A stretch of 64,000 bases of DNA from Arsenophonus sp. (GCA_046530785.1 JBHEQT010000006.1:12726-76725); one strand, 5' to 3'; numbered from the stretch's first letter, positions 1 through 12,636 are shown. Notes: generated by a model from the sequence alone, not told the origin. Made by a program: numbers and translations.

Positions 1-1304
1 TATTCATTACTAATAGATATTTATTAATTAATAGTATATTTCTTAGGAAAATAACTAAAATTAATAATTTCTTTTTATATAATAATTTATAACACGTTAG
101 ATAAAACAGATCTTAATTTATCTAAATGTATAATTATTTCTTAATACCTTAATTTAAAAGAATATAATATTTAGAATCTTTTAATTAATCGATTTAACTA
201 ATAAATCAGCTTTAGTTTTTATTTTAAAAAATATTATTTAGTAGAGCTGTTATCGAACATAACAATTTAGAAGATTGATAATATAAAATATATAATATAA
301 TTTTTTTTAAAATACCATTCTTAAGAAATATAAATTATTAAAATATTTTAATTTATGATAATTGAAATAAAATAAATTAAAAAAATAAAAATTTATTACT
401 TAGTCTTCAAAAGATATTTTTAATGGATTTTTTTCTAATTATAAAAATAAATATAATCTTTTGAAGATTAAAGTAGAGAATAAAAGTAGAAATTTTTAGA
501 GAACCTCTAATAATAGTAAAATATATATTTTACAAAATTTTTCTACTTTGTTAAAAATAAAGTAGATATTTTGAAAATATATTAGATCTAATTAATAGAT
601 CTGTTTAGATAGAGGAGATCATAATAGATCCTTATATTATTTATAATAATAAATGAAAATTATTTTCAATATATTAAAAATAAGAAAATAATTTTGAATT
701 ATAATCGAAAAATAACAAATTCTTTATTAAGAATGAATAAAATAATAAAGGAATTATAAATCTATATAATCCTTTATTATATAAAATAAAGGATTTGAAA
801 AATAAAATTTCTAAGTTTCTCTCCTAGACTATTCAAATTTTACAAAAAAGAATTTAAAAAGTAGACTTTTCTACTTTTTAACAAATTAATATTTATCACT
901 AAATACTATTCATTTCATAAATTCTGAATACTAAGATAGAAAAAATTATGAAATTTTATAGAAAAACAATAAATTACTAAAGATTTATAATCTTTAAAGA
1001 AAAATAATGAAATAAAAATAAGATCTTAAATATAATTTTTATATCTATAAAACTAAACTCTATTTCTTATATACTAAATAGAGCTATATTGGTTAGTATA
1101 TGATTATAGTTGATCAAGAATATTATATATTTCAGTTAAAATGAAAATAGAAATCAATAAATTATTGAGGGAATTTCCAATGAAAAGTATAATATAAACT
1201 AATTATAAAGTTTCATTTTAATAATTATTAGATTTTATCTAGAATCTAATAAATACTTATTTTAATTAAACTTACTAATTACTTAACGTAATATCTTTCA
1301 TAAA

Positions 1305-1341
1305 AGAAGTAATCTTCTTGTTTCATAAGAAGATTACTTCT
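1305..1341. repeat. Perfect 15-bp inverted repeat with 7-nt loop
   Basis: AGAAGTAATCTTCTT-GTTTCAT-AAGAAGATTACTTCT. Confidence 0.95.
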
Positions 1342-1557
1342 AAAATACTTGTTAAAAAACAACGTTCATATATTTAATTGCCAGTTTAATCTCTAATTAA
1401 ATTATCCATAAAATAGTTTAATATTAAAAGGAATTTTAATAATTAATTATTGTTAATTAATATTAATATTTTAGTAATAAATTATTTAAAGGAGGCAATA
1501 ACAAAAAAATTAAGATATTATCATCGAATACTTGAATAACTGATTAATAGATCTGCA

Positions 1558-2097
1558 ATGAAAAATAAATTCAAATTGAGTGATGAAGAAATTAAACTAT
1601 TTAAAGAAGCTACTACAGATATTAAACCTTTATTACATGATATTGTAAATCATTCATCATCATGGCCTCAACAAAAAAAAGAACAATTTATTAAAAAATA
1701 TGTAATTAAAGAACAATTAGATACAAGTTATTATTTTTCAGATGAATATCAACCGGCACTAGAAGTAGATGGACCAACTCGATATTTAAGATCTGATGTT
1801 AATTCATATGAATTAAAGAAATTACGTAGGAGTAATTATATTCCAAAAATATTTCTTGATTTACATGGATTGTCACAAGGACAAACTAAACAAAAAATTG
1901 GAACATTGATCGAAGAATGTTATAAAAATAATACCTATTGCGCATGTATTGTGCATGGTCACGGAAAAGATATCTTAAAAAAGAAAGTTCCTTTTTGGCT
2001 TGCTCAACATCCTAAAATTATTGCTTTTCATCAAGCTCCTAAAATTTGGGGAGGTAGTGCCTCGTTGTTGATCTTAGTTGAAACTAATGAAACTTAA
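1558..2097 (+). CDS. smrB: Smr-domain endonuclease SmrB (ribosome-collision rescue factor, YfcN)
   Basis: Intact 179-aa ORF. N-terminal LSDEEIKLFKEA, Smr motifs FLDLHG and VHGHGKDILK, and C-terminal WLAQHP..AFHQAPK.WGG match SmrB. Confidence 0.93.
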   Translation: MKNKFKLSDEEIKLFKEATTDIKPLLHDIVNHSSSWPQQKKEQFIKKYVIKEQLDTSYYFSDEYQPALEVDGPTRYLRSDVNSYELKKLRRSNYIPKIFLDLHGLSQGQTKQKIGTLIEECYKNNTYCACIVHGHGKDILKKKVPFWLAQHPKIIAFHQAPKIWGGSASLLILVETNET

Positions 2098-2129
2098 TAA
2101 AAATAATAAATTAAATAGAAAAATTAGAA

Positions 2130-2620
2130 TTTTATAATGATTTATAACATTTTTCAATATTTAAAAATTCCGTCGTATCGATATTCAACTTGTCGAATTT
2201 TTATATTCATTTTTAGATACTCAATTTCAGATTTTGTAAAAAATATTAAAATTTGTTATATAAATAAATTAATAAAAAAATAATTAAATAATAGAAAATA
2301 TAAGCAAACAAATATTTTCTTCTCCTCTAGAAAGGAGATAATTTATATATAAATTTCAGATTTTCATAAAATATGTTTCGTTAACATATTAGTATTCCAT
2401 AAATATAAAATAATGAATGAATTGGATAATGAATTTATATTACTTTTATATATATGACTTTTTAAAAGCTCTTTTAAATACAAATTTATGTTACACTAAT
2501 TTAAAATGGATATTAATTTAAATTCTTCTCTTCTTTAAAAGTTAAATTCTCTTAATTCATTATAAATTACATTCAGAGTAGTATATCACATTATGGATCC
2601 ATAATAAAAATTGAATAATT
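2130..2620 (-). pseudogene. sixA: Eroded phosphohistidine phosphatase SixA
   Basis: Minus-strand fragments: caa-ttttt-att-atg-gat-c-cat resembles QVFIMRH; REEFKLIS; YLLSRGEENICLLIFS resembles YL...G..SVLVISH; FFTKSEI resembles MFTTSAI. Lies convergent with smrB, as in enterobacteria. Boundaries approximate. Confidence 0.5.
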
Positions 2621-2639
2621 CACTATTTGAATAAAAGAT

Positions 2640-4050
2640 TTTTATCTAAGAATATATTACATAAAAAGATTTTATTATTCGCTAATATTATTAAAAATAT
2701 GTATGGAAAGAGAAACTCAACTTGAAAGTTCATCTTTATTCAATTTAGAGAAAGGATTTTTATAAAAAACAAATTTTTTTAAATCATATTTAAAAGATAA
2801 GTTTATTAAAATTTTAATATTATTAATAATATTTAGTTATGAAAATTTTTTATTTAATTATTTTAATTAATTTCTCTAAAAATATAATTTTTTATTATAT
2901 ATTTTCTAGTTATATTAATACGTTATGTTAATCTTGATTCATATATCGAAATAATAAAACAAGAAAAGGAAGGAAAAATTTTTAAATTTTACAATAATAT
3001 CAATCATGAGTTATGTTATTGAACAAGAACTTTATCAAAACAACAAATATTTTTATTCAATATTAATTATCATAGTACAATGATGAAGAATGAAGAAATA
3101 CTTCCAAAGTAGATAAATTTTTCAGTTTAAATATTAATTAATTTATAAATTTTGTGGAATTTTAAAACTATACCTCTATAGAATAGAAAAGTAAACTTTA
3201 ATTTTTTATAAATATATCCTATTTTATTTTTCATTCTTTATTTATTATCATCTAATATGATATTTAATCTTTAAGGAACAGAAAATCGATTTCCAATCTA
3301 TTTATTAATACATAGAGAATTTAATTCTCATATCAATTTCACATTTTTAATAAGTTCAATAAACCAATAAAAACAAATTTAAAATTAAATATTATTAATG
3401 TTTACTTAACTAAAGAAATAATATATATTTTTAATATAATTAAGATTTTCATATTTGATTGAGATAAAATATGAAAATAATAGCAATGATAATTATATCT
3501 TTCTCTATTTTGTTTCTATTCTAATAATAGAAATTATTTTATTTAATACTTTATTTACAAAAGATCGCTTTAATCTACTTTTTTATAAAATAAACTAAAA
3601 TAATGAAACTTAATTCTATATTCTAAATATTTTAAAATTTTTCAATTTTTACGAGTAGGCAATAAAGATGTATTAAAAGCAATATGATAGCATCTGTTAA
3701 GTTTATTTTCGATAGAAAATCTTTATTAATTTTCCTGTTAAAGATCTTGATTAAGAAAAAAAATAATACTTAACTTAAATATCTCTATAATGAATATTTT
3801 CGACCAAGAAAATAAATTTCTATAAATTTAGAAGATACTCTTAATATTAAAAGATTAATAATCTAATTCATTAGGTTTTATTTCAAAAATTGATTATATC
3901 ATCTTTTTTCTAAAATTTTTATTTTTATTATTTTTTTTTAATATAATCGTTATTAATAATAATTATTTACTTGAATATGGAGTTATTCATTTCCATTTTA
4001 TTAAAATTTTTAGTCCTTATATAAAAGTGTTTGTTAGTATTTTACTGATC
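2640..4050 (+). pseudogene. fadL: Eroded long-chain fatty acid outer-membrane transporter FadL
   Basis: QLESSSLFNLEKGF (about 2715-2760) resembles QLNEFSSSGLGRAY; IFDQENKFL (about 3797) resembles IPDQDRFWL; EYGVIHFH resembles DVGVSYMH. Many stops and frameshifts. Confidence 0.42.
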
Positions 4051-4576
4051 GAAAAATATTTTTTTAATCCATTCAGTTAAGGATAACTATATTTTACACG
4101 ATAAATTCTCTTTCTATATCATTCAATTTTCTATTTATTTTGCTATTACGAAATGTATTCTATCTTTATTCTAGGATAGATAAGTTATTTTATGTAAAAT
4201 AAACTTAGAGATCTGAAAAACAATTGAATTTCTTTTACAATAAATGATGTATATTATATATTTTCAAAATTAAGCTCTTCTTATATTTGAGTATTCTCAG
4301 TTAAGATATTTTATATATATTTTTTTACTATTGAATCTCTTCTATAAATAAGAATGATAATTATCATTAGTTATGGATTAAGAAAACTCTAGAATTAATA
4401 ATCAGTTGTTAGATTAATTAATATATATTTATATTTTCTTAGTTCATAATTTCAATATCCATTGATGGTTTATTTCATCTAATATTTACTTATTAAAGTT
4501 ATAAAATTGGAAATATAATCATCAATGAAATAATTAAATGAATAATTCTGATTATTTATTTTATTTTATTTTATGA

Positions 4577-5420
4577 TTGGAAAAATTTTTTATATATATA
4601 AATTTAATTTTGAAAAAAATTATTTTTTATAAAAACAACATCAAACAGTTTTTACATTGCTAAAAATTATTAAATATTATAAGAATATTATTTAATATTT
4701 TAAGAAATCGCTTAGTATCTTTAATATATAGATTAACTAAAATAGTTAATCTATGAATTCAGTTGTATATTTAACTCAATATTATATAAATTATTATATA
4801 TAATATAAAATTTATAAATATATATTTTTCCTATGAAAAAGTAATTAATAAATATGTCTGTAGAATTTATTAATTATGAAATAATAAGAATTATATATAA
4901 TTTATTATCAAGCAATAGATATATTATGTATTACTTTCGTTAATTAATTTATATTTGTAAAAATTGATTTTGTTGGTATTTCTAATTATGTTTGGTAAAA
5001 GATAAAATATTACTGTTCATAAATCCTTTAATAGATATACCATCATTCGTTCATTCCTATTATCACTGAAACATATACCATGGGATTAATATTATTAATT
5101 GTTATTTAATCCATTCTACTCTAGAATGTAAATTTTGAACATATGTTCCATTTATCAAATAAATATTTAGCAGAATCTAAGTTTAGATATTACAAGAATT
5201 ATTTTAATTATTTAAACTTGTCAAAGAAATTTTTATATACAGTCCTATTCATTCTTAATGAAGATAGGATTCTTATTTGTAAGATTGATTATTAAATTAT
5301 TAATCTTATTGATCAAGATCCAAATATTCATTTTTGATTGCTTTAAGTTCAAATATGGTAGAATATAATTTTTATTCCAACTAAAAATAATTTGTTGAAT
5401 ATAAAAAAATAAAAATATTT
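4577..5420 (+). pseudogene. prmB: Eroded ribosomal protein L3 glutamine methyltransferase PrmB
   Basis: Collinear fragments NRLV, NSVVYLTQ (~RIPVAYLTN), IDFVGIS (~VDAVDIS), EDRILICKID (~DDGVLICEVG), DQDPNIHF and IFIPTKNNL (~VFMLTKEQL), directly upstream of aroC. Confidence 0.7.
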
Positions 5421-5503
5421 ATATATTAATGGATAATTTTATATATTAAATAATTTATTTATTAATTATTAATTTTAATAAGAAAATAGGAAATGAATAG
5501 AAT

Positions 5504-6565
5504 ATGGTTGGAAATTCGATCGGGCAGATTTTTCGTGTCACCACATTTGGTGAATCGCATGGTTTATCATTAGGATGTATTGTTGATGGTGTTCCTCCTG
5601 GTATGGCTTTATCAGAAAAAGATTTACAAACTGACTTAGATCGTCGTCGTCCTGGTACTTTTCGTTATATTAGTCAACGCACTGAACTTGATCATGTTAA
5701 GATTTTATCCGGTATTTTTAATGGAATAACGACAGGAACTCCTATTGGTTTATTGATTGAAAATCAGGATCAACGGTCGCAGGATTACAGTAAGATCAGA
5801 GATATTTTTCGTCCTGGACATGCAGATTACACTTATCAACAAAAATATGGTTTACGTGATCATCGCGGTGGAGGTCGGTATTCAGCTCGAGAAACAGCGA
5901 TGAGGGTTGCTTCTGGTGCGATCGCAAAAAAATATTTGAAAGAAAAACTAGGTATAACTATTCGGGCTTATTTGAGTCAAGTAGGAAATATTTGTTGTGA
6001 ATTAAAAGATTGGAATTTAGTTGAACAAAACCCTTTTTTTTGTCCTGATGTAACAAAATTAAAGGATTTAAATGCCTTGTTAAGTTCATTAAAAAAAGAA
6101 GGTAATTCTATTGGTTCTAAAGTAACTGTTATTGCTGAACGTGTTCCACCTGGATTAGGTGAACCTGTTTTTGATCGATTAGATGCGGATATTGCTCATG
6201 CAATGATGAGCATCAACGCTGTTAAAGGTGTTGAAATTGGTGCTGGGTTTAAGGTAGTTACATTAAAAGGAAATGAAAATCGAGATGAAATAACTAATAA
6301 TGGATTTATCAGTAATAATGCAGGGGGGATATTAGGTGGAATAAGTAGCAGCCAACCTATTATTGCTCATTTAGCCTTAAAACCAACTTCGAGTATTAGA
6401 ATACCAGGTAAAACTATTAATCAGAAAGGTGATGAAGTTAAAGTGATTACCAAAGGACGACATGATCCCTGTATTGGTATTAGGGCTGTACCGATAGCAG
6501 AAGCAATGATGGCAATAGTGCTCATCGATCATTTTTTACGCCATAGAGCTCAATGTAGTAAGTAA
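5504..6565 (+). CDS. aroC: Chorismate synthase
   Basis: Intact 353-aa ORF with [36 protein letters not shown] and GRHDPC motifs. Confidence 0.98.
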   Translation: MVGNSIGQIFRVTTFGESHGLSLGCIVDGVPPGMALSEKDLQTDLDRRRPGTFRYISQRTELDHVKILSGIFNGITTGTPIGLLIENQDQRSQDYSKIRDIFRPGHADYTYQQKYGLRDHRGGGRYSARETAMRVASGAIAKKYLKEKLGITIRAYLSQVGNICCELKDWNLVEQNPFFCPDVTKLKDLNALLSSLKKEGNSIGSKVTVIAERVPPGLGEPVFDRLDADIAHAMMSINAVKGVEIGAGFKVVTLKGNENRDEITNNGFISNNAGGILGGISSSQPIIAHLALKPTSSIRIPGKTINQKGDEVKVITKGRHDPCIGIRAVPIAEAMMAIVLIDHFLRHRAQCSK

Positions 6566-6596
6566 GAAATATTTTAATAGTAAATGTAGATCTTTA

Positions 6597-7370
6597 TGAA
6601 AAAAATAATTCTTAGTTATTTTTTATAATATTTTAGGTTTTTATTTTAAAAAGTATGGTATTAATTTTTAATTAAGAAAGATGATGAGACTATATTTCAT
6701 ATCTATTAGGAAATGATAATAATAGGATATATCTTTATTCTTGAATTTTATATTCTATTTTATAGTAATTTTAGATGAACTTTCCAAATTTTGTACTTTT
6801 AGTGATAAATAGATATAAAAAAATAGATTTTCTTTATTTTATTATTTAAATAATAAAATAAGGAAATTTTAAAAAAATTAAAATTAGATTAAATCGTAAA
6901 TATTTTTATGGATTTTATTTTTATAAAATTGATTTTCTTTTATGTTAATTAGTATTAATTTATTTACTAATTTAAGGCTAATTTAGCTTTTAGAATAAAT
7001 TTTATCTCCAACTAGAATAAATCTTAAATTATTTTAAATAGTATTTTCAGAAAAAATTTCGAAATTTATTTAATGTCTTTATATTTATTTTAGAATAAAA
7101 CCTCTCTTTTAAGTTAAGTAAAATTTAATTTTTCATGAAAAATTTTTAAAAATTAGGTAATATTAAAAATATAAAATGATAATTTTAAAATTAAAAACGT
7201 ATTTTTTTGAAAATTGATAATAATATTGGAAATAAAGTATTTTCTCGAAATACGGTTTTTTAGTAGTTATTTATATAGAATATTAAGATTAGTTTCTGTT
7301 GAAGTAAAATTGAATATAAAAATAATAATGAAAAATTTTCTGATCATTATATCAAAGGGAATATTGATAT
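6597..7370 (+). pseudogene. mepA: Eroded murein endopeptidase MepA
   Basis: ATG MKKIILS signal-like start right after aroC; YLQLE (~FLQLP) and KRIFF (~TRIFV). Position and length fit synteny. Confidence 0.45.
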
Positions 7371-7379
7371 AGATATAAT

Positions 7380-7900
7380 TAATTATAGTAATTAATTTCT
7401 GCTGATCAATAATTGATATTGAATATTTTTCAAATATTATTAAAATTCATCTAAATAAACAAAAAATGAATAATTTTGAAAAAAGCATTATTTATAATAT
7501 TAAAAATAAGAATAGAACATTGCAAGGATTCTTGTTTTCCGATAAATCAGAAAACATTATCAATATTGGAAACGTTCAGTAAGTAATTTTATTTATTTTC
7601 TCAAATTTTAAACAAGCTATAAAATTTCTAATTCATAAAAAATCAAATTAATCAAAACTTATAGTTTTATTGATAATAATTGTTAAATTTCAGATAAAAA
7701 TCAAAAGTTTGTTGATTTATTAAATTTGAAATAATGGATTAAGATTTCTATTTATGGAAAACTTAATCTATTGATAATAAAAAGAAACATAATTACTTTA
7801 AATATTGTTATAGTTACTATAAACATCATCTAATTAAATTAGATGATATTTAATTATATTACTTTAACTATTTTAATAATAGTTAAAAAGATTTTTAGTA
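7380..7900 (+). pseudogene. epmC: Eroded EF-P hydroxylase EpmC (YfcM)
   Basis: NR..GFLFS (~NRIVFAHGFYAS) and KFVDL (~ELVDFG); position fits synteny. Weak matches. Confidence 0.35.
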
Positions 7901-7926
7901 AATGTATCTTACACGGGGGAGTGTCT

Positions 7927-8200
7927 ATGATAAAATTAAGTGCTCACTATAAACTTTTCTTAACAAGAAAAGTTTATAGTGAGCTTATCATTTATTTTAT
8001 TTTTTAATTCAAATATAATACTAATGCACAATAAAGAATTTCGTTTTAATAATAATTAAATTTTTCTTAAAAATTAACACTTAAGTTTATTTTTCTCTTA
8101 TAAAATTTTATTAAAAAATCAATTAAAATTTATATTTGTTAATATATTTTATTAAAAGTAATAATTTAAAATTAAGTAAAAATTTTCTTGAAAGTTAATT
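7927..8200 (+). pseudogene. yfcL: Probable YfcL remnant
   Basis: Preserved GGGGGAG Shine-Dalgarno plus ATG ATA (MI...) at the syntenic position. The body is eroded and carries a 20-bp inverted repeat. Confidence 0.35.
7942..7984. repeat. Perfect 20-bp inverted repeat with 3-nt loop
   Basis: GCTCACTATAAACTTTTCTT-AAC-AAGAAAAGTTTATAGTGAGC. Confidence 0.97.
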
Positions 8201-8289
8201 CGATAATAAGTTATCCTCCTATTACACTAAAAACTACAAAATTCTTTACTTATAATCGATAATAAAAAATAGATTCTATGAATTTTATT

Positions 8290-9797
8290 TAATAAAATTT
8301 TTTATTAAAATACTTGTATATAATAAATCCGTATTTAAAGAATAAATTTATTAAGATTTAACATATTCCGATTATTAGTAGGTAATCACTTTTAAAATAA
8401 AAAATTCTTTACATTATCCATATTTATCTAATATCAATTTCTTCTGTCCGATTGAATCGTTAAGGAAGATATTAATAAATTAAGAATAGTTTTTATTTTT
8501 TAATTTAGAAAATTTTAACGTCAATTGATCTTCTTTAATTTCTTTTTCCTAAAAAATAATACATTAATTAGTAAAAGTTAACTTTTGATATATAAAGATG
8601 CTTCATAATTGGTTGAATTTTAGAATTCCAAATAGTTAAATCAATTAATTTAACTTTAAACGGCTGTTAAATGAAATTTCTATTTAATTTAAATATAATT
8701 TAATATTATTAATATAATAGTGATTTTATACATTATTTTCGTTGTTCTTTTTCTTTTTTGAGTATTAACTTTTATCTATTGAAAGTATTCCAAAATAAAA
8801 TAATTATTAAAATTAATTCTTATTTTTTATAAACAATTATCAACTATTGGAAATATCAAATCTCTTTCCTGTAACAAAAATCTAGATAATAGACTGTATT
8901 CATTTTAAAGCATTAATGCTATAGTTACTTTGTAATATTTTTTAAATTTTATAAAATGAAAAGTAAATAATAGGCAATATTTTTTAATATTATCAATTTT
9001 GAGTTCATAAACCAATTTGTTCTAAGTCGATTCAATCTTGTTCAAATATAATATTTAACCATTGAAGTTGTATATAATAGTATTTTGATATTATATATAA
9101 AAAGTAATAAAAGTTCTCTAATTTATTGTGAAAATAACTTAATCTTGAAAAGAGGAATTCTAGTTCCCTAAAAGTTATGGTTTTATGAGTAAATTTGTTA
9201 TATTAATAAATTAATTATTAAAAATGGATGCTTTAGATTAATATTAAAGTACTTTAATATTAATTAATATAATTATATATTTATCATTGTAGATGAGAGA
9301 TAATATTATCCTTATTATATAATAATTCTATAATTGATCTTGCTATATATTTAAAGTTATTTACAATAAATTTATTTTAAAATACTGAGTATTTCAGTTA
9401 ATCACTAATGATTTTAGATCATATTAATAAATAAAAATGAATTTTTAAAACTAAAGATTTTAAGTGGTTTTTAAGGCTCTAATTATGAAACTTTAAATAA
9501 AATTAATCTAATAAATTAACATAAAGTTTAATCTGGAAATAGAAAACATCCTTTTTCAAAAATAGATATTATTTAATCTAATCAAAAGAAAAAAGAGATT
9601 TATCAAATACGGATTACAACAAAGAAGAAAACATAAATAAATTTTTCCAGAATATATTCTGAATTATAAAACATCATAAAATTATTCAAAGTATAAAGAG
9701 ATATCTTGTTTATTCTAGATTAATTTAGCTTTTATCTCATCTTATCCATGAATATATCTAAAATATTTAGAATAATTAATTCTAATAAATTTAACTT
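8290..9797 (-). pseudogene. mnmC: Eroded tRNA mnm5s2U34 biosynthesis enzyme MnmC
   Basis: Minus strand FYDV..NSEYILEKFIYVFF resembles [20 protein letters not shown]. AGGAG RBS is retained at 9806-9810. Divergent from fabB, as in E. coli. Confidence 0.65.
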
Positions 9798-9857
9798 GAA
9801 TTTCGCTCCTAGTGATCAGTAAAGCTTAAAGTAAGAAGATAATATTTTTAGCAATTT

Positions 9858-9874
9858 TACTGATCGGACTTGTT
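9858..9874 (+). promoter_or_regulatory. FadR operator of fabB
   Basis: TACTGATCGGACTTGTT versus the E. coli fabB FadR site GGCTGATCGGACTTGTT (recalled): 15/17 identical, 78-94 bp upstream of the fabB ATG. Confidence 0.8.
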
Positions 9875-9875
9875 G

Positions 9876-9893
9876 AGATTACAAGTGTAAGCT
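9876..9893 (+). promoter_or_regulatory. FabR operator of fabB
   Basis: AGATTACAAGTGTAAGCT versus E. coli GGCGTACAAGTGTACGCT (recalled). It lies 1 bp after the FadR site, the same spacing as in E. coli. Confidence 0.7.
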
Positions 9894-9951
9894 AAAGTAG
9901 ATAAACTAAACTATTAGTAAATAAATTTTGACTATAAGGTAAATATAATTA

Positions 9952-11172
9952 ATGAAGCGTGCAGTAATCACTGGTCTTGGCATTGTCTCCAGCATAGGTA
10001 ATAACCAGCAAGAGGTACTGGCTTCTCTAGAAACGGGACGTTCTGGTATCAGATTTTCAAAAGAATTTAAAAAAATGGGTTTACGTAGCCATGTTTGGGG
10101 TAATATTCAGTTAACGGAAGATTATATTAAACAAAAAATTGATCGTAAATTTCTTCGTTTTATGAGTGATTGTTCTATTTATGCTTATTTAGCGATGGAA
10201 GAGGCTATTCAAGATGGTAAACTGATTGATGACCATATTTCAAATATTCGTACAGGTTTAGTTGTTGGTTCTGGTGGTGGTTCACCCCGTAATCAAGTAG
10301 CTGGATCTGATGGTATGCGTGCAAAGGGATTACGTGGTGTTGGTCCATATATGGTAACCAGAGCAATGGCTTCAGGTGTTTCAGCTTGTTTAGCTACGCC
10401 TTTTAAAATTAAGGGTGTTAATTATTCTATCAGTTCTGCTTGTTCAACTTCTGCCCATTGTATTGGCCACGCTGTTGAGCTGATTCAATTAAATAAACAG
10501 GATATCATTTTTGCTGGTGGTGCTGAAGAATTAAGTTGGGAATTAAGTTGTGAATTTGATGCAATGGGTGCGTTATCTACTAAATATAATACAATTCCAG
10601 AAAAAGCTTCACGAACCTATGATCAGAATCGAGATGGTTTTGTTATTTCTGGAGGCGGTGGTATCGTTATAGTAGAAGAATTATATCATGCCTTAGCTCG
10701 TAGAGCACATATTTATGCTGAAATTGTAGGTTATGGAGCGACTTCAGATGGTTATGAAATGGTTTCCCCTTCAGGTGAAGGGGCAGTTCGATGTATGAAA
10801 ATGGCATTAGCAGATGTTAAAAACGTTGATTATATTAATACTCATGGTACTTCAACGCCAATTGGAGATATAAAAGAACTAGAAGCAATTAGTGAAGTAT
10901 TTGGTATAAATATACCAGCGATTTCTGCTACTAAAGTAATGACCGGCCATTCTCTCGGAGCGGCAGGGGTGCATGAAGTTATTTATAGCTTGTTAATGCT
11001 AGAGCATGGATTTATTGCCCCAAACATCAATATTGATAATTTAGATGAAAAAGCGAGAGCAATGAACATCATTACAGAGCCAACTCATCGAAAATTAAAT
11101 ACTGTAATGTCAAATAATTTTGGTTTTGGTGGAACTAATGCCTCGTTGGTAATGAATAAATATTATTCATAA
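9952..11172 (+). CDS. fabB: 3-oxoacyl-ACP synthase I
   Basis: Intact 406-aa ORF with catalytic SSACSTS, NTHGTST and TGHSLGAAG, and NNFGFGGTN. Confidence 0.98.
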   Translation: MKRAVITGLGIVSSIGNNQQEVLASLETGRSGIRFSKEFKKMGLRSHVWGNIQLTEDYIKQKIDRKFLRFMSDCSIYAYLAMEEAIQDGKLIDDHISNIRTGLVVGSGGGSPRNQVAGSDGMRAKGLRGVGPYMVTRAMASGVSACLATPFKIKGVNYSISSACSTSAHCIGHAVELIQLNKQDIIFAGGAEELSWELSCEFDAMGALSTKYNTIPEKASRTYDQNRDGFVISGGGGIVIVEELYHALARRAHIYAEIVGYGATSDGYEMVSPSGEGAVRCMKMALADVKNVDYINTHGTSTPIGDIKELEAISEVFGINIPAISATKVMTGHSLGAAGVHEVIYSLLMLEHGFIAPNINIDNLDEKARAMNIITEPTHRKLNTVMSNNFGFGGTNASLVMNKYYS

Positions 11173-12587
11173 ATAAATTCTATTTTAAAAATTAATCATC
11201 TAAGTAACAATTTAGGGATATAAATTATTTTTTAATAAGTAATTGGTTTTTATTGAATTTTAAATAATTTTTTCTTAATATTTATGTATATAGAGTTGTT
11301 AATTATTGTCTCAATTATTGAGATTAATGACATTAATTACTAAAAATATCGTCAATTAAAGAATAATTATTATCTATTTTATTTAAAAAATATCGATAAT
11401 GAAATGGTACTAAATATAACCGATTAATAGATCCTAATTAATATTGAGATTTTATTTTCAAAAAAAAATAAAATAAAATTAAATTAAATATTTTCTACCG
11501 TAATTTTCTAATTTTTGAATAGTAAAATTAACAATAGTAAATATTATATATAATATAATTTAAATATAAAATGATCAATAATTGGGAAGTTGAATTAAAT
11601 TCAAAATTTTATTAAGCATATATTGAATAAGAAAAAGTAGTGATAAACATTCAGTAATTAATTTTAATTTAATTTTCTTTATTAAAATACTAAAAGATCA
11701 CTTTAAGTAATAAGTCAAATAGTCAACGATTTATTAAAAAATAAAAGTTTTACCAATCAAAATACTAATGATAAAATAATAAAAAGAATAAATTTTTGAA
11801 TATAATAACCATTAATAATAATAAAAATTAATAGTAAGTATTTAAGGGATATGATAATTCTGTTTTAAAATAATAAGTAAAATTATTGTAAATAATCATC
11901 TCGAACGAACAATTAAAATAAAAAATTTTTAATTATGAATTAACACTACAACTATACCTGATTTTAAATACATCTCATCATAAATTAGTAAGCACTAAAA
12001 GAAGTAAATACTAATAAAATAGTCATAAATTTTAAAAATATTTTCTACTGTTCTAATCTCTAACTCTACAGAAATGATTATAGTTAAAAACTATAAATAT
12101 GAAAAATTTAATTTTATTTATAATCTGTTAATTATTTTATATTTTAGTATTATTTTATTGATATAAAATTGTAATAGGATGATTGATGATCATAATTAGA
12201 TTCTATCTGAATATTAAGAACCAAATATATCCTATACTATAGTATAGATATTATTAGTTCTCAATATAAGTATTGTAATAAATAGTTATTAGGATAATCA
12301 CTTAGTGTAAAATAAATTATTATACACTTAGTAAATTAATTTATATAGTTAAAATATTATAAAAAAATATGGCTATTTCTTTTTTTTAAGATATATAGTT
12401 TTTATTAAAATAAATAATTATTATTAATGTTAAGTACTGATATATAATTAAATTATATGGAAATTTATTTTTGTAAAAAATTATTCAAATAAATAATGAT
12501 TGAATAATTATTTATTTAAGTAACGTCAGAAAATACTAAAATAAACAAAACTTTTCATAAAGAAGAATTTTGTTCATATATCTTTAG

Positions 12588-12636
12588 AGGGGAAGAGAGG
12601 AGAGTATTAAAAGGATACTGTTTCTTCATCTCCCTG
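12588..12636. other. GC-rich, purine/pyrimidine-skewed imperfect hairpin of unknown function
   Basis: AGGGGAAGAGAGGAGAGTATT-AAAAG-GATACTGTTTCTTCATCTCCCCT folds into about 20 pairs (several G-U) inside very AT-rich DNA. Confidence 0.4.

Noticed and set aside
581-640. Four clustered GATC motifs resembling oriC 13-mers (GATCTAATTAATA, GATCTGTTTAGAT)
   Set aside because: No DnaA boxes seen nearby and the synteny is far from gidA/mioC; probably local duplication.
11860-12060. Possible flk remnant (ISNEQLK, ALKE)
   Set aside because: Matches are too short and the strand conflicts with E. coli synteny.
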